A stretch of 64,000 bases of DNA from a virus, in IMG/VR virus record IMGVR_UViG_3300021091_005099, positions 32,001-96,000 of that record; one strand, 5' to 3'. The translations under genes and the position numbers were made by a program. Of this stretch, positions 36,551 through 45,728 are shown in pieces. Below the pieces are notes generated by a model. It saw only the letters and a program-made list of their open reading frames with translations, did no database searches and had not been told where the DNA came from. The stretch's first letter is position 1, and every line of letters begins with the position of its first letter.

Positions 36551-39217
36551 TCATGCCACCTCGAACAATCTGTTGAACGTGTTGCTGCTTTCTGTGGATC
36601 TCACGTCCCATTCCAGCACACCAATCAGATTATCAATCTTGCCATCCAGCACACTCTGTTCCATGCCATCGGAATCAAACGGCAGTTGTTTGAACCATTC
36701 CGGCAACCTCTGCTCATCCACTGGATATGCTATAGACGTGTATCCAAGGGGATTATTTCTTAATTTGCACACTATCACCTTGGCTCCATCCGTGATTGGC
36801 AGGCTGTATCTGTCGCCATACATGTCTCTGCAGATGTTCCAGTTGATCGAAGCTCTCACATGGCCAGGCATGTTGGCCTTGCCTTTCTTCTTCTCCTCTT
36901 CGTGATATTCTGTCACATTGTTGGCACGCTTGGGAGATCCTTTTTCCCAGCCCGGCCTGGATTTGAATTCACCCCGGAACTGCTTGATTCGATCTAGCAC
37001 TTCTGCCTCAGTTTTGCCTATCAGCACCAGATACAGTATGTCGCTCAAGAAGTCCTGTACGAATACCGGAGTGTCAGAACGCTTGAGGTCCAGACCCATC
37101 GCTTTGACCTTACCTTCCTTGCCTGCCGTGTCCACACGCTCGCCCTCCTTGTCAAAATACAAGAGAGCGTATCTTTTTTTGGTTATGAACAGTCCCTTGC
37201 TGGCCACCAGTTCTCGGCCTGCACGTATCACGTCACCGCGGGTCTTGGGACAATGGAACGCTCGAGTCATGAATGCTGTGAATGTGCCATTGACCTCTTC
37301 TGCTATCTTGTCATACAGGGCGATCACACTTTCCTTGTTCCACTGTATTTTTGCAGATTTTATATCATCCTGCAGCGTGGCGTAGGCCGAGAAATACACG
37401 GAGTCAGTGTCACCGTAGATCACGCTCTCGCCCACGTGATCATATTTTCCTGCAATGATCTCGTTGGCCTTGGCAGCCATGTGTTGCGTGATGCATCTGC
37501 CGGTCAACGTCACTGATTGGCCTATGCGCATGTCAAAGAAGCGGCAGCCCGGATTCAATATCGCGCCATACAGCGAGTTTAGATTGATTTTTTTGACCAG
37601 CTGCCTCTTGTCCCAGAATTCTCTCTCTATTTCATTTTCTCCGCACTCGGACATCTTGTGCTGCATGTCTTTCCTCTCAGCATACCATTTCTTTAAAAGT
37701 CCAGGTATGACTCCTTCGAACTCATAGGTGAATATTGTTCCGTTGGCAGATATCATCCACTGCCTGTTGCCGTCGAACACAAGATCATGCAGCTGAGCTG
37801 CGCTCATCCTCACGCTGGTTCCATCCTCCCAATCAACAATCAATTCGGTGCCTTTGTCCTTGTCCATCACTGCTTGATATTCCCAACAACCAAATTGTCC
37901 TTCCCATGCAGTGGCGAAGGACTTGCCTTGGTGCTTGGCCCTGTTTATCTCCGCTGATGTGATCACAGGACGTATCTGTCCCACTATTGTTTCCGGACCC
38001 ATGTTCAGCGCTCGGATCACGGATGGATACAGCGAGTTGATGTCCACGGAGCCAATCCAGTCGTGTATGCCTTTCTTGGGATAAGCCACATAGGCCCCCG
38101 CCGCTGATTCAACAGGTGCTGACTCATCTCTCTTTGCCCTGCCAGGCACTATCATGCCCCTGCGATGTGCCTCGTTGATAATGGCCTGCTCAGTAACCGC
38201 CACTGCTCCCATGGTAGTGTCCAGCAACACAGTGTTTTGGTGTGCTATCTCATTGGCCAACTCAATAAATTTTAATTTCTTTTCCAATTTTGCCAACAGG
38301 TCGCAGTCCTGCCTGTTGTACTCTATGAACATGCCAAAGTCATTGTTGTACAGCTGGTCCAGCGATCCTTCATACACTGTCTTCTTCTCGTCCAATTCCC
38401 ATTCACCTATGGCGTCCAGGCGGTAGCTGTGCCGCTCCTCGTAGGTGTATTTTCTATATAGTTCCAATAGGTCCAGATGCACTCTTCCAGTCAAATCATA
38501 ACTGATCTGTTCCCTGCCAAATTTTTCAAATGTCCTCTTCTTAGGTTTTTCTCCCCAAAAACACAGTCTTCTTGTGTCATCGGAGCTCAATACCTTCTGT
38601 ATCCTGCCTACGACATAGGGTAGGTCATATCCTTCTGAGTTCCAGCCACTGATGACATCTCCCTCGTCCACCAGCGTGAGAAATGCGTCCAGCATGTCTT
38701 TTTCTTTCTCGAACAGCATCACGTTGCTGAATCTCTCCACCTGCAGCCTGGCATCTGCCATGCTCAATTCCTTGGGCGGCACAGCAAACGTGACCAGCTG
38801 ATCGGTCCAGTTGAGATAACAGGTTATGGCGGTGATGGGCATGAATGGATCATCGGTGGTGGAATAGCCGCGTTGCGGGTCAAAGTCCACTTCGATATCA
38901 AAGAACACCACGTTGAGCTTGGGAGCATCCTTGCCCAGATAATTCTCCTCCAGGCAGCGGAACACAGGATTGATGTCCTGTTCAAACAATTTCTTGTTGC
39001 TCCTGATCTTCTGTTCTTTTATGAACTCCTTGAACGTGCTGCAGGTGACCTTCTGCAGTGTCTCTCCGTGTATGCTCCTGTGCTTGCCTCGGGCATCGGG
39101 ATAGTAAAAAACATATCTTGCATCATAGTCAACGAACCGTCTCTGTCCATTGGGATCTCGCTCAACGACAAAAACTTTGTCGTCGTCTCTCCTGTAGAAT
39201 GCGTCTATGTAGCTCAT
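36551..39217 (-). CDS. Family B DNA polymerase (T4 gp43-like)
   Basis: FDIEVD (ExoI), GWNSEGYD, YNRQD, DINSLYPS, KINLNSLYG, YGDTDS, KKRYAL. Confidence 0.95.
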   Translation of the reverse strand: MSYIDAFYRRDDDKVFVVERDPNGQRRFVDYDARYVFYYPDARGKHRSIHGETLQKVTCSTFKEFIKEQKIRSNKKLFEQDINPVFRCLEENYLGKDAPKLNVVFFDIEVDFDPQRGYSTTDDPFMPITAITCYLNWTDQLVTFAVPPKELSMADARLQVERFSNVMLFEKEKDMLDAFLTLVDEGDVISGWNSEGYDLPYVVGRIQKVLSSDDTRRLCFWGEKPKKRTFEKFGREQISYDLTGRVHLDLLELYRKYTYEERHSYRLDAIGEWELDEKKTVYEGSLDQLYNNDFGMFIEYNRQDCDLLAKLEKKLKFIELANEIAHQNTVLLDTTMGAVAVTEQAIINEAHRRGMIVPGRAKRDESAPVESAAGAYVAYPKKGIHDWIGSVDINSLYPSVIRALNMGPETIVGQIRPVITSAEINRAKHQGKSFATAWEGQFGCWEYQAVMDKDKGTELIVDWEDGTSVRMSAAQLHDLVFDGNRQWMISANGTIFTYEFEGVIPGLLKKWYAERKDMQHKMSECGENEIEREFWDKRQLVKKINLNSLYGAILNPGCRFFDMRIGQSVTLTGRCITQHMAAKANEIIAGKYDHVGESVIYGDTDSVYFSAYATLQDDIKSAKIQWNKESVIALYDKIAEEVNGTFTAFMTRAFHCPKTRGDVIRAGRELVASKGLFITKKRYALLYFDKEGERVDTAGKEGKVKAMGLDLKRSDTPVFVQDFLSDILYLVLIGKTEAEVLDRIKQFRGEFKSRPGWEKGSPKRANNVTEYHEEEKKKGKANMPGHVRASINWNICRDMYGDRYSLPITDGAKVIVCKLRNNPLGYTSIAYPVDEQRLPEWFKQLPFDSDGMEQSVLDGKIDNLIGVLEWDVRSTESSNTFNRLFEVA

Positions 39218-39495
39218 TTAAAAAATACCAGGTAATTGCCGATACAGTTCATCACAGTGAACCAGCCGGCCAAAGTAGTTATCCATAGGTTCCTCCTGCG
39301 ATAGGCCGAATAGGTCATGGTGGAAGAACCGATCAGGTAAAGGGGAAACACAATCCACATCTTTGGATGTGGGCTGGTGAAAGTGAGAGCGAGAGATCCA
39401 AATATGGTGAATATCACACTAATCAGCTCAAAATAAAAAGCCACGCGATCAGTGCGGTAGCTCTGTGTCCAAAATTCGGCTATGAAGGCATGCAC
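39214..39495 (-). CDS. Small membrane protein
   Basis: 93 aa, about 3 TM segments. Confidence 0.6.
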   Translation of the reverse strand: MHAFIAEFWTQSYRTDRVAFYFELISVIFTIFGSLALTFTSPHPKMWIVFPLYLIGSSTMTYSAYRRRNLWITTLAGWFTVMNCIGNYLVFFK

Positions 39496-39752
39496 TAGAT
39501 CTTGCCTGCTGCTGCCAATATCGAATCCAACAGGTCCATGTCATCGGCCACAGATTTATAATTGTCTTTGTGGGCGATCGCGATGGCCTTGTTCAGCATG
39601 GCTGGCTTGAGTTCCAATTCTTCAGCCAGTGCTTTCACTGTGTCTCGCAGTCCTGCTTTGAGATCATCTACCTCTCCCAACACCTGTGATCCTTCTTTGA
39701 TCAGTTGTATCAGCTTGGTTTTTTCTGCTTCATTGAAATTTCTTCCTGACAT
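39495..39752 (-). CDS. T4 DsbA-like double-stranded DNA-binding protein
   Basis: 85 aa helical; LRDTVKALAEELELKPAMLNKAIAIAHK; AGGAG RBS. Confidence 0.5.
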   Translation of the reverse strand: MSGRNFNEAEKTKLIQLIKEGSQVLGEVDDLKAGLRDTVKALAEELELKPAMLNKAIAIAHKDNYKSVADDMDLLDSILAAAGKI

Positions 39753-39771
39753 ATTATCTCCTTTTTTATGT

Positions 39772-39800
39772 ATTATATTATTCTTTATATTTTAGATCAA
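39772..39800 (-). promoter_or_regulatory. Sigma70-like promoter for the replication operon
   Basis: TTGATC-17 bp-TATAAT. Confidence 0.65.
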
Positions 39801-39805
39801 TGGAT

Positions 39806-40843
39806 TTATATTTTACCATGATCTAGAACAAAATTATTAATTTCATCAATAACCTTGTGTTCAATACCTCTAAATCCATGATAACCCACAGAAAAATGCG
39901 GACATCCTTGATCTATTCCTCCATTAAGTTCTGCATATCTTGTCGATGTACTATTTGTATCATTAATAATTTTTTTAGCTATTTCGGGGTGTGTTCCGTT
40001 ATTAGGATCTTCTGCGTGTTGAATAATCAGCAATGGTTTAGCCATTTTTATGAGAAAATATTTCATTTCATCTAGTCCTAATTCACGCCATCTACTTTTC
40101 CAATACGGATTTAGAAATATTATTCCTCTATAGAGATGATTATATTGGTTGACGTCGTGTATCATTGATATAATATTTGCACCTGTACAATGCCCCATTA
40201 GCCATAACTGCGTGTTACTTAAACTTTTTATGTGCTCTAATATCTTTTCAACATCTGTTATGAAAGTATGTGTTTCAAATAAAATTTTATTATTTGAAAG
40301 TAAATCTTTTTTTATTTTTGCATGATGTTGAATATAAAATTCTCTAGCTTTTGTGAACCACTGTTTTTGAATATAAAATTTTTTGAACCATATTTTACTT
40401 TTTAAATTTTTTGTTGCATTTATACTGCTGTTGTAATAATCTAAAGGATCATCTGGATGCAAGCTCATTCTTACCTGCCAGGCGTGCTCTAATGGATGAT
40501 CTGGGTCGATGATAATAAGATTTAATTTTTTTGCAATACAATATTCAAAGAAAGGCATAATTAAACCATTTGGTATGTCGTTAGAGTCTATAACATAATA
40601 TTTGCCATCTCCTCCAAGAATAGATACTATTGTATCTGTAGCATCTTTGTGTAATAATGAAATAAGTTTGTATTTGTTGCCGTTGATATTATGATATGAT
40701 ATTTTCAAGCCATAATGTTTTTTTAAATTTTCAATATCGTTTTCTGTTACTTGATGTCCATGCTCAACAGGATCTCCGGGCAAACCATATTCTCCCCAAC
40801 CTCTAGGGTTTACTATATCTAAATCAAGCAATCTAGAAGTCAT
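39806..40843 (-). CDS. AT-rich alpha/beta-hydrolase with cysteine nucleophile
   Basis: ILGGDG, WLMGHCTGA, PLLIIQHAEDP, GYHGF; start MTSRLL inferred. Confidence 0.6.
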   Translation of the reverse strand: MTSRLLDLDIVNPRGWGEYGLPGDPVEHGHQVTENDIENLKKHYGLKISYHNINGNKYKLISLLHKDATDTIVSILGGDGKYYVIDSNDIPNGLIMPFFEYCIAKKLNLIIIDPDHPLEHAWQVRMSLHPDDPLDYYNSSINATKNLKSKIWFKKFYIQKQWFTKAREFYIQHHAKIKKDLLSNNKILFETHTFITDVEKILEHIKSLSNTQLWLMGHCTGANIISMIHDVNQYNHLYRGIIFLNPYWKSRWRELGLDEMKYFLIKMAKPLLIIQHAEDPNNGTHPEIAKKIINDTNSTSTRYAELNGGIDQGCPHFSVGYHGFRGIEHKVIDEINNFVLDHGKI

Positions 40844-40849
40844 ACAAAT

Positions 40850-40878
40850 AGTATATATTCTGTACAGGTGATACGCAA
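40850..40878 (-). promoter_or_regulatory. Sigma70-like promoter
   Basis: TTGCGT-17 bp-TATACT; ATG 6 nt downstream. Confidence 0.45.
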
Positions 40879-41265
40879 TTATTTCTTGTTTTTTACTTTG
40901 GTCCAACAGGATTCAAACCAGATTTTTAAATTACCCTGTATCGCTTCTGGTAGAATTAACTTCCCTGATGTATTGCAATACCTTATGTTTTCTAGCACAG
41001 CCTTTATTGCTTCATTTTTTCTACCTTTTTTATTCTTTGATTCCAATTTAGGATTGGGATTTGCTGGTGAAGGTCTTTGGCCGTCCATGTCTTCGCCCAT
41101 GAGGTGCACGGGGTCTTTCACGAAACTTTTTAATTTTCTCAATCCCCTCGAACCTGCGCTTACAGGCTTGCTGAGTTGGATATCAACATCCACGTGACCA
41201 TGATCCTTAAGACGTGACATGTCATCAAGATATTGCTTGTATGAAAAGATCGGTATTCCTATCAT
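40879..41265 (-). CDS. Hypothetical late protein
   Basis: 128 aa; TAAATA 7 nt upstream. Confidence 0.55.
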   Translation of the reverse strand: MIGIPIFSYKQYLDDMSRLKDHGHVDVDIQLSKPVSAGSRGLRKLKSFVKDPVHLMGEDMDGQRPSPANPNPKLESKNKKGRKNEAIKAVLENIRYCNTSGKLILPEAIQGNLKIWFESCWTKVKNKK

Positions 41266-41272
41266 GCTTTTA

Positions 41273-41278
41273 TATTTA
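41273..41278 (-). promoter_or_regulatory. Late promoter box TAAATA
   Basis: 7 nt upstream of ATG 41265. Confidence 0.55.
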
Positions 41279-41914
41279 TTGCCACAGCACCATCTTGAAA
41301 CGTTCTTTCTCTATGCCAAAGAACTCGGTTTTCCATGCGCTCTGCTCAAAGAAGCCCAGGTGATGCCATTCATTTTTCCTAGCGATCATCTCAGCGGCGG
41401 ATGTGTCCCAATCCACTGACAGTAAAAATTTCTCCACATTTCGTCGTTTTTCGGATATCTCCTCGTAGCTGAAGCCATCATATTCCCAGTGCAGCAGCTC
41501 GAAAACATTGCCCGATGTGTCCACGTAGTCAACGCTGATGTCCATGCCCCATTTGGGACGCATCTTGATTATCTTGTAGATCAGGTGATTGTTCAGCGCC
41601 CAGTTCTGCAGTTGCGCCAGCGCTTCGCCGACGTAGCCTTTCCTCTCAAATAAAAGGGCATGATTGATGTGCGCGCCTGAGACAGAATTTTCCTCGTCCA
41701 CGAACCAATCATATTTCAAAGCAAAGTGGTTGGGGCGATGCCAGCGACCTGCCTGTCCATTGGCCTCAGCGTAACATCTCTCCAGCTTAGTGAGGTCGTA
41801 GCCATTTTGGTCAAACAATTCGGTCTGCTCAACGCCGGGCACAGAGATCTGACTTATGGGTTTTCTGAAATAAGGGTCAGGATTGAATTTGTGATGTGTT
41901 GGTGCCAGTTTCAT
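41276..41914 (-). CDS. Hypothetical late protein
   Basis: 212 aa; FDQNGYDL, PKWGMDIS. Confidence 0.65.
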   Translation of the reverse strand: MKLAPTHHKFNPDPYFRKPISQISVPGVEQTELFDQNGYDLTKLERCYAEANGQAGRWHRPNHFALKYDWFVDEENSVSGAHINHALLFERKGYVGEALAQLQNWALNNHLIYKIIKMRPKWGMDISVDYVDTSGNVFELLHWEYDGFSYEEISEKRRNVEKFLLSVDWDTSAAEMIARKNEWHHLGFFEQSAWKTEFFGIEKERFKMVLWQ

Positions 41915-41921
41915 GCACCGT

Positions 41922-41927
41922 TATTTA
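41922..41927 (-). promoter_or_regulatory. Late promoter box TAAATA
   Basis: 7 nt upstream of ATG 41914. Confidence 0.6.
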
Positions 41928-41932
41928 TTTGA

Positions 41933-43069
41933 CTATTTCTTTTTTTTTCCTTCGGACAGCTCGTCTGTGTATTCTTTGGTCTCATCCACCATGTCTCCCA
42001 ATGCCTTGATCACTGCATCTGGCTGCGCCATGGTGTGTATGGACACTGATGAAAAATCTGCTTCGCTTGGCGTCACTTCTGCCTGTATGCCAGCATTCTG
42101 TAAAGCATTCTTCACTGCGTCGGCATCAGCGTCTGACGTCGGACGCTCCCTGTCAAAGTCACCATCGAGCCTGACATCAAATTGCCTGGCCTCTGCCTGT
42201 CCTTGGAATCCTGATGCTTCTCCCGTGGCCTCTGTGTCTTCGGCCTGGATGTAGCCCTGTTTCTCGTGTTCCGGCCATGCCTTTTTTGGTATCTTTATCA
42301 CGCCCTCTTCGCTTCCGGGCTTGATGACCATGATCATTTCCTTTTCATCTGGGCCCAGTATCATCTTGTTGTTCTTGATCTTCTCTGCGGTCGCTGCGTC
42401 CGGTTGCTTTTCTTGTACCGCTTCTGCTTTTTCTTCTGCGGCTTTTTCTTTTTCAGCAATCACTTTCTCTTCTTGTTTCTCAGCGTCGGCGATGATCTCT
42501 TTAGTTTCCTCAGTCTTGACAAGAATGTTTGATGATTCCTCGTTGTATATTGCTTCATTCTCCGAAATAGAGTTGTAAAGTTCGACCAACGCGGACTCAT
42601 CGCATGATTTGATATACTCCTGTACATCTTTTTGCACCACTTCTCTGAATGTCTTTGCGTCATAGGTCTGCTCTTCTTTTTGTTCTGCTTTCAATTCTGC
42701 CAACTTGGCCTCTAGTTCAGCAATCTTTTCTAATCTATTTGTTTTTTTCTTTGCCTCTTTGATTGGTTTCTTGGGCAGTTTCTTGTCTGATTCCTCGATG
42801 GCTTTGGTTATGTCGCTCTTTTCGCTGGTGATTGATTCTATCAACTTTTCTGCCTTGGCGGAGATCTTGGTGGGTTCTCGGAATTCCTTGATGCCGGCCA
42901 GTCTCGCGATGTCCGCTAATGTGATCTGCCTGTCGTCCAGCACTCTGGGCTCTTTCTTGGCAGCCTCCAGCAGCTCCTGGCGCTCCTGTTCTGGAGTCAT
43001 GTTGCTCATCTCGTTGAGCCTTCTCACTAGGTCTGCGAAGTCGTGTGTGCTGTTGGATTTGCGTGCCAT
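41933..43069 (-). CDS. Glu/Lys-rich putative head-internal or scaffold-like protein
   Basis: 378 aa, highly charged, coiled-coil, IARLAGI motif. Confidence 0.5.
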   Translation of the reverse strand: MARKSNSTHDFADLVRRLNEMSNMTPEQERQELLEAAKKEPRVLDDRQITLADIARLAGIKEFREPTKISAKAEKLIESITSEKSDITKAIEESDKKLPKKPIKEAKKKTNRLEKIAELEAKLAELKAEQKEEQTYDAKTFREVVQKDVQEYIKSCDESALVELYNSISENEAIYNEESSNILVKTEETKEIIADAEKQEEKVIAEKEKAAEEKAEAVQEKQPDAATAEKIKNNKMILGPDEKEMIMVIKPGSEEGVIKIPKKAWPEHEKQGYIQAEDTEATGEASGFQGQAEARQFDVRLDGDFDRERPTSDADADAVKNALQNAGIQAEVTPSEADFSSVSIHTMAQPDAVIKALGDMVDETKEYTDELSEGKKKK

Positions 43070-43075
43070 ACGATG

Positions 43076-43081
43076 TATTTA
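43076..43081 (-). promoter_or_regulatory. Late promoter box TAAATA
   Basis: 6 nt upstream of ATG 43069. Confidence 0.6.
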
Positions 43082-43095
43082 TTAAATGCTGTATT

Positions 43096-43113
43096 ATAAT
43101 AATATATTATTAT
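43096..43113. repeat. 18-bp perfect AT palindrome
   Basis: ATAATAATATATTATTAT in an intergenic gap. Confidence 0.6.
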
Positions 43114-43142
43114 TTTACGAAAATCTAGCTGTTTTTGATGCT

Positions 43143-43532
43143 TTATTTGGTTTTGACGTTCTTGGCCGCGCCTTTTCGGTTTGCGTTGGGGTCCTGTCTG
43201 CGCTTCCTTGCGCCTGCCTTGGCCCGTCCCTTTTTCCCCAGTGCGTAGGCCTTGCTTCTGGGCAGGCACTTGGGCTTGCCCTCCTTGCTTGAACCTCTGG
43301 CGCAATCACCCCTGATTTTGCCATCGGGTCCGAACCTGACCCATTTCTGCTTGAACCATTTCTTGAGGTTCTCGTCCAGTGATTCGTTGAACAAAAGATC
43401 GCCGCAGTTGACGCAGATGTCGATGTCTTCCTTCTTGACGCAGTTGGGCACTCGCTTGCCGAACATGGTCTTCATGCCCTTCTTCTCATAGCCCTTCCAG
43501 CACTTCTCAGTGATTATCTCAGCTATCCTCAT
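43143..43532 (-). CDS. Basic protein with N-terminal MRIAEIITE tag
   Basis: Modules CWKGY...VPNCV and WFKQKWV...KPKCLP; start moved to 43532. Confidence 0.65.
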   Translation of the reverse strand: MRIAEIITEKCWKGYEKKGMKTMFGKRVPNCVKKEDIDICVNCGDLLFNESLDENLKKWFKQKWVRFGPDGKIRGDCARGSSKEGKPKCLPRSKAYALGKKGRAKAGARKRRQDPNANRKGAAKNVKTK

Positions 43533-43648
43533 TTCTTCTTCCTGCCTGCGCAGTGGGCCTTCTGGCTGAAACCCTTTGGCCTGGCGCAGTTGATTGAGCG
43601 CTTGTACTTGCCGCTCCATTTCTCTGATATGAATTCGTAATAGCGCAT
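43529..43648 (-). CDS. 39-aa basic peptide MRYYEFISEKWSGKYKRSINCARPKGFSQKAHCAGRKKK (not in the ORF track)
   Basis: Fills the gap exactly; ATGA overlap with the downstream gene. Confidence 0.7.
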   Translation of the reverse strand: MRYYEFISEKWSGKYKRSINCARPKGFSQKAHCAGRKKK

Positions 43649-43649
43649 T

Positions 43650-45227
43650 TTACTTGCTCTTGTTGCCCCAGTTGGCCGCTCCAACCTTCCTACATCTCAC
43701 CAGCGCCCCCGATGCGTAGGCTGATGGCCATACCTTGTAACGGCTCTTGACCTTGTGGTAGCAGGCGTCCTGCTTCTCCGTGATGTCTGTGACCTCCAGT
43801 GCCATTCTGAGGTTGTCCGCCAGATGTGATTCATAGCTGACTTCCTCTTTTTTGTCAGCGTCGGTCTTTGGTGGTTCTTGATTTTGCTTCTCCTTGCTGG
43901 CCATGTACTGTCGCACTGGCTCTCCCAGCTTCTTCATGATCCGTGACTTGAATGGTGTCCTCTGCATCTCTTCCTTCTTGGGCATGTAATTGGCATACTT
44001 GTCCTGCATGTTCTTGACGTAGCCCAGCCCATGTGCTCCGTCCAATCTGACTTTGACCTGCTCGATCTCGCTGGCTATCTCCTTGGCCAGTTGTGTGTTG
44101 CCCTGTGACTTGGCACTGTCAAGTGCTGAGTTCATGGCCTTGACCACTGGCACGCTGTTGTCTATAGCGTTGCTGATGGTGCCCACTCCCGCGATGCTGC
44201 CTGCAATGATGCCGGCCGCTGCTAATCTTTGTAAAAATCCTTTTAGGTCCTCGTCCAGTTCAACTTCTTTCAAATTATCGTAGTTCTTTTTGAAGTAATC
44301 CTGTGCCACCGTGTAATTGCCTGATGAGAACACGATCTTGCCATTTTTGTCCAACACGTCGTACTTGCCTTTTGATGACTGGCTAATGTAAGGTTTTTGT
44401 GTGCTTTCGAAATGCCTGCTGTAAGGTCTAGACTTGGCGAACTCCCTGCCAAAACTAAATTCCTGTCTTTGAGCCAATTCTTTGGCTGAAAATCCTGGTG
44501 CTACCACTCCACCCCTGGCTGCTTTAGCAACATCTGCTCTATTTTGAAAATATGCCTTGATCTCATCTGGATTCATCATGTCCAGTTTCTTCTTCCTGGC
44601 CGCCATGCTGCCGGACATCTGCGACCCCTCATGCTGCTGATTTTCTCTGTTCTCCTTGGCGCGCTCCTTCTCAAACTGCTGCACGCGCTTCTTCAATATG
44701 TTCAGCATGCCGGGCTTGGTCTCGATGTCATCCACAGCGGTCTCCGTGGCCAGTATCTCGTCTATGTTCTTCTTCACTATCTCAGCGTGCCTCTGGTGCA
44801 GGTCGCCTATCTCTTCCCTGTAGGGGTTCAATTTCTGATAGTCCTCGTAGTGATAGGCCGCGTCCAGCATGTCCACCGCCCGGTTCATCTTGGTTTGTAT
44901 CCAGCCCTCTATGTCATCTCCCGGCTGTACCATTGTGGTGATCTTCAGCGCAGCCTGTGCAGTGTGGTACAACTGCTCTCGGCTCATGTGTCCCTCGCCG
45001 GAATCTTCTTTGTAAATGTGCTCGGTCTCAAGATAATCCGCAATGCCCTTGATGTAGCCCGACGCTATGTCAATCTTTTTTGCCACCCAGGATTCCATCT
45101 CCTGGTCGTTGCTGAGTAAATTGTGTAATTTTATCGCGTATTTGCCCGCCCTGATGGCCTGTGTGAGGAACATGCTGGCTTCATAGGTGTCTGGTTGCAC
45201 TGGTGCGTTTATCTCGTTGATGCGCAT
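43650..45227 (-). CDS. Multi-module putative head-internal protein (MRINEI tag)
   Basis: Two tandem ~58-aa repeats; C-terminal DACYHKVKSRYKVWPSAYASG module. Confidence 0.6.
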   Translation of the reverse strand: MRINEINAPVQPDTYEASMFLTQAIRAGKYAIKLHNLLSNDQEMESWVAKKIDIASGYIKGIADYLETEHIYKEDSGEGHMSREQLYHTAQAALKITTMVQPGDDIEGWIQTKMNRAVDMLDAAYHYEDYQKLNPYREEIGDLHQRHAEIVKKNIDEILATETAVDDIETKPGMLNILKKRVQQFEKERAKENRENQQHEGSQMSGSMAARKKKLDMMNPDEIKAYFQNRADVAKAARGGVVAPGFSAKELAQRQEFSFGREFAKSRPYSRHFESTQKPYISQSSKGKYDVLDKNGKIVFSSGNYTVAQDYFKKNYDNLKEVELDEDLKGFLQRLAAAGIIAGSIAGVGTISNAIDNSVPVVKAMNSALDSAKSQGNTQLAKEIASEIEQVKVRLDGAHGLGYVKNMQDKYANYMPKKEEMQRTPFKSRIMKKLGEPVRQYMASKEKQNQEPPKTDADKKEEVSYESHLADNLRMALEVTDITEKQDACYHKVKSRYKVWPSAYASGALVRCRKVGAANWGNKSK

Positions 45228-45232
45228 GTGCG

Positions 45233-45238
45233 TATTTA
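45233..45238 (-). promoter_or_regulatory. Late promoter box TAAATA
   Basis: 5 nt upstream of ATG 45227. Confidence 0.6.
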
Positions 45239-45257
45239 TGCTGCGAACTGCCTAGAA

Positions 45258-45434
45258 CTATTCCTCTGTGAAACCCTCTTCGCATAGATCACAGGAGCAG
45301 GTCCTGCACACCTCTATCTTCCACCGATGCCTAACCACGCTGCCCACTTTTTCATGTTCCCAGCGCTCCAGTCGCTTGCCACAGTGGCTACCGTGTCCGC
45401 AGTTGACGCAGTAGTCTTTGCTTTTGATTTCCAT
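45258..45434 (-). CDS. 58-aa Cys/His-rich metal-binding protein (not in the ORF track)
   Basis: MEIKSKDYCVNCGHGSHCG...EVCRTCSCDLCEEGFTEE; AGGAG RBS; coupled to the upstream stop. Confidence 0.65.
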   Translation of the reverse strand: MEIKSKDYCVNCGHGSHCGKRLERWEHEKVGSVVRHRWKIEVCRTCSCDLCEEGFTEE

Positions 45435-45700
45435 CATCTCCTTGCAAATCCCGGGCCACCAAACAGGTTGGTGCCTTTCAATTCATGGGCGCCCTTGGCA
45501 GTGCCGTCCGCTTTCTTTGGAGTGTAGGCCCGTGGCACTCTGGGTGCTCGTGTACCTGATTGTCCTGGAGTTCCTGTAAAGCTCTTCTTGAATCTGTCTG
45601 GCCCTATGGCCACGTGTGGGTTGGCAATGCTGGCGATGTTGCCTGCGCTAGTCGCTCCTGCTGATGCTGTCTCTCTGATCATTACTTCTTTGATTTTCAT
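45434..45700 (-). CDS. Small protein with MKIKEVMIRE tag
   Basis: 88 aa; ETASAGATSAGNIA. Confidence 0.65.
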   Translation of the reverse strand: MKIKEVMIRETASAGATSAGNIASIANPHVAIGPDRFKKSFTGTPGQSGTRAPRVPRAYTPKKADGTAKGAHELKGTNLFGGPGFARR

Positions 45701-45705
45701 ATTCC

Positions 45706-45711
45706 TATTTA
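45706..45711 (-). promoter_or_regulatory. Late promoter box TAAATA
   Basis: 5 nt upstream of ATG 45700. Confidence 0.6.
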
Positions 45712-45728
45712 TTTTTTTTTAGATTTTT

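Noticed and set aside
36551-39217. Intein or intron in the DNA polymerase
   Set aside because: Continuous 888-aa ORF with normally spaced motifs
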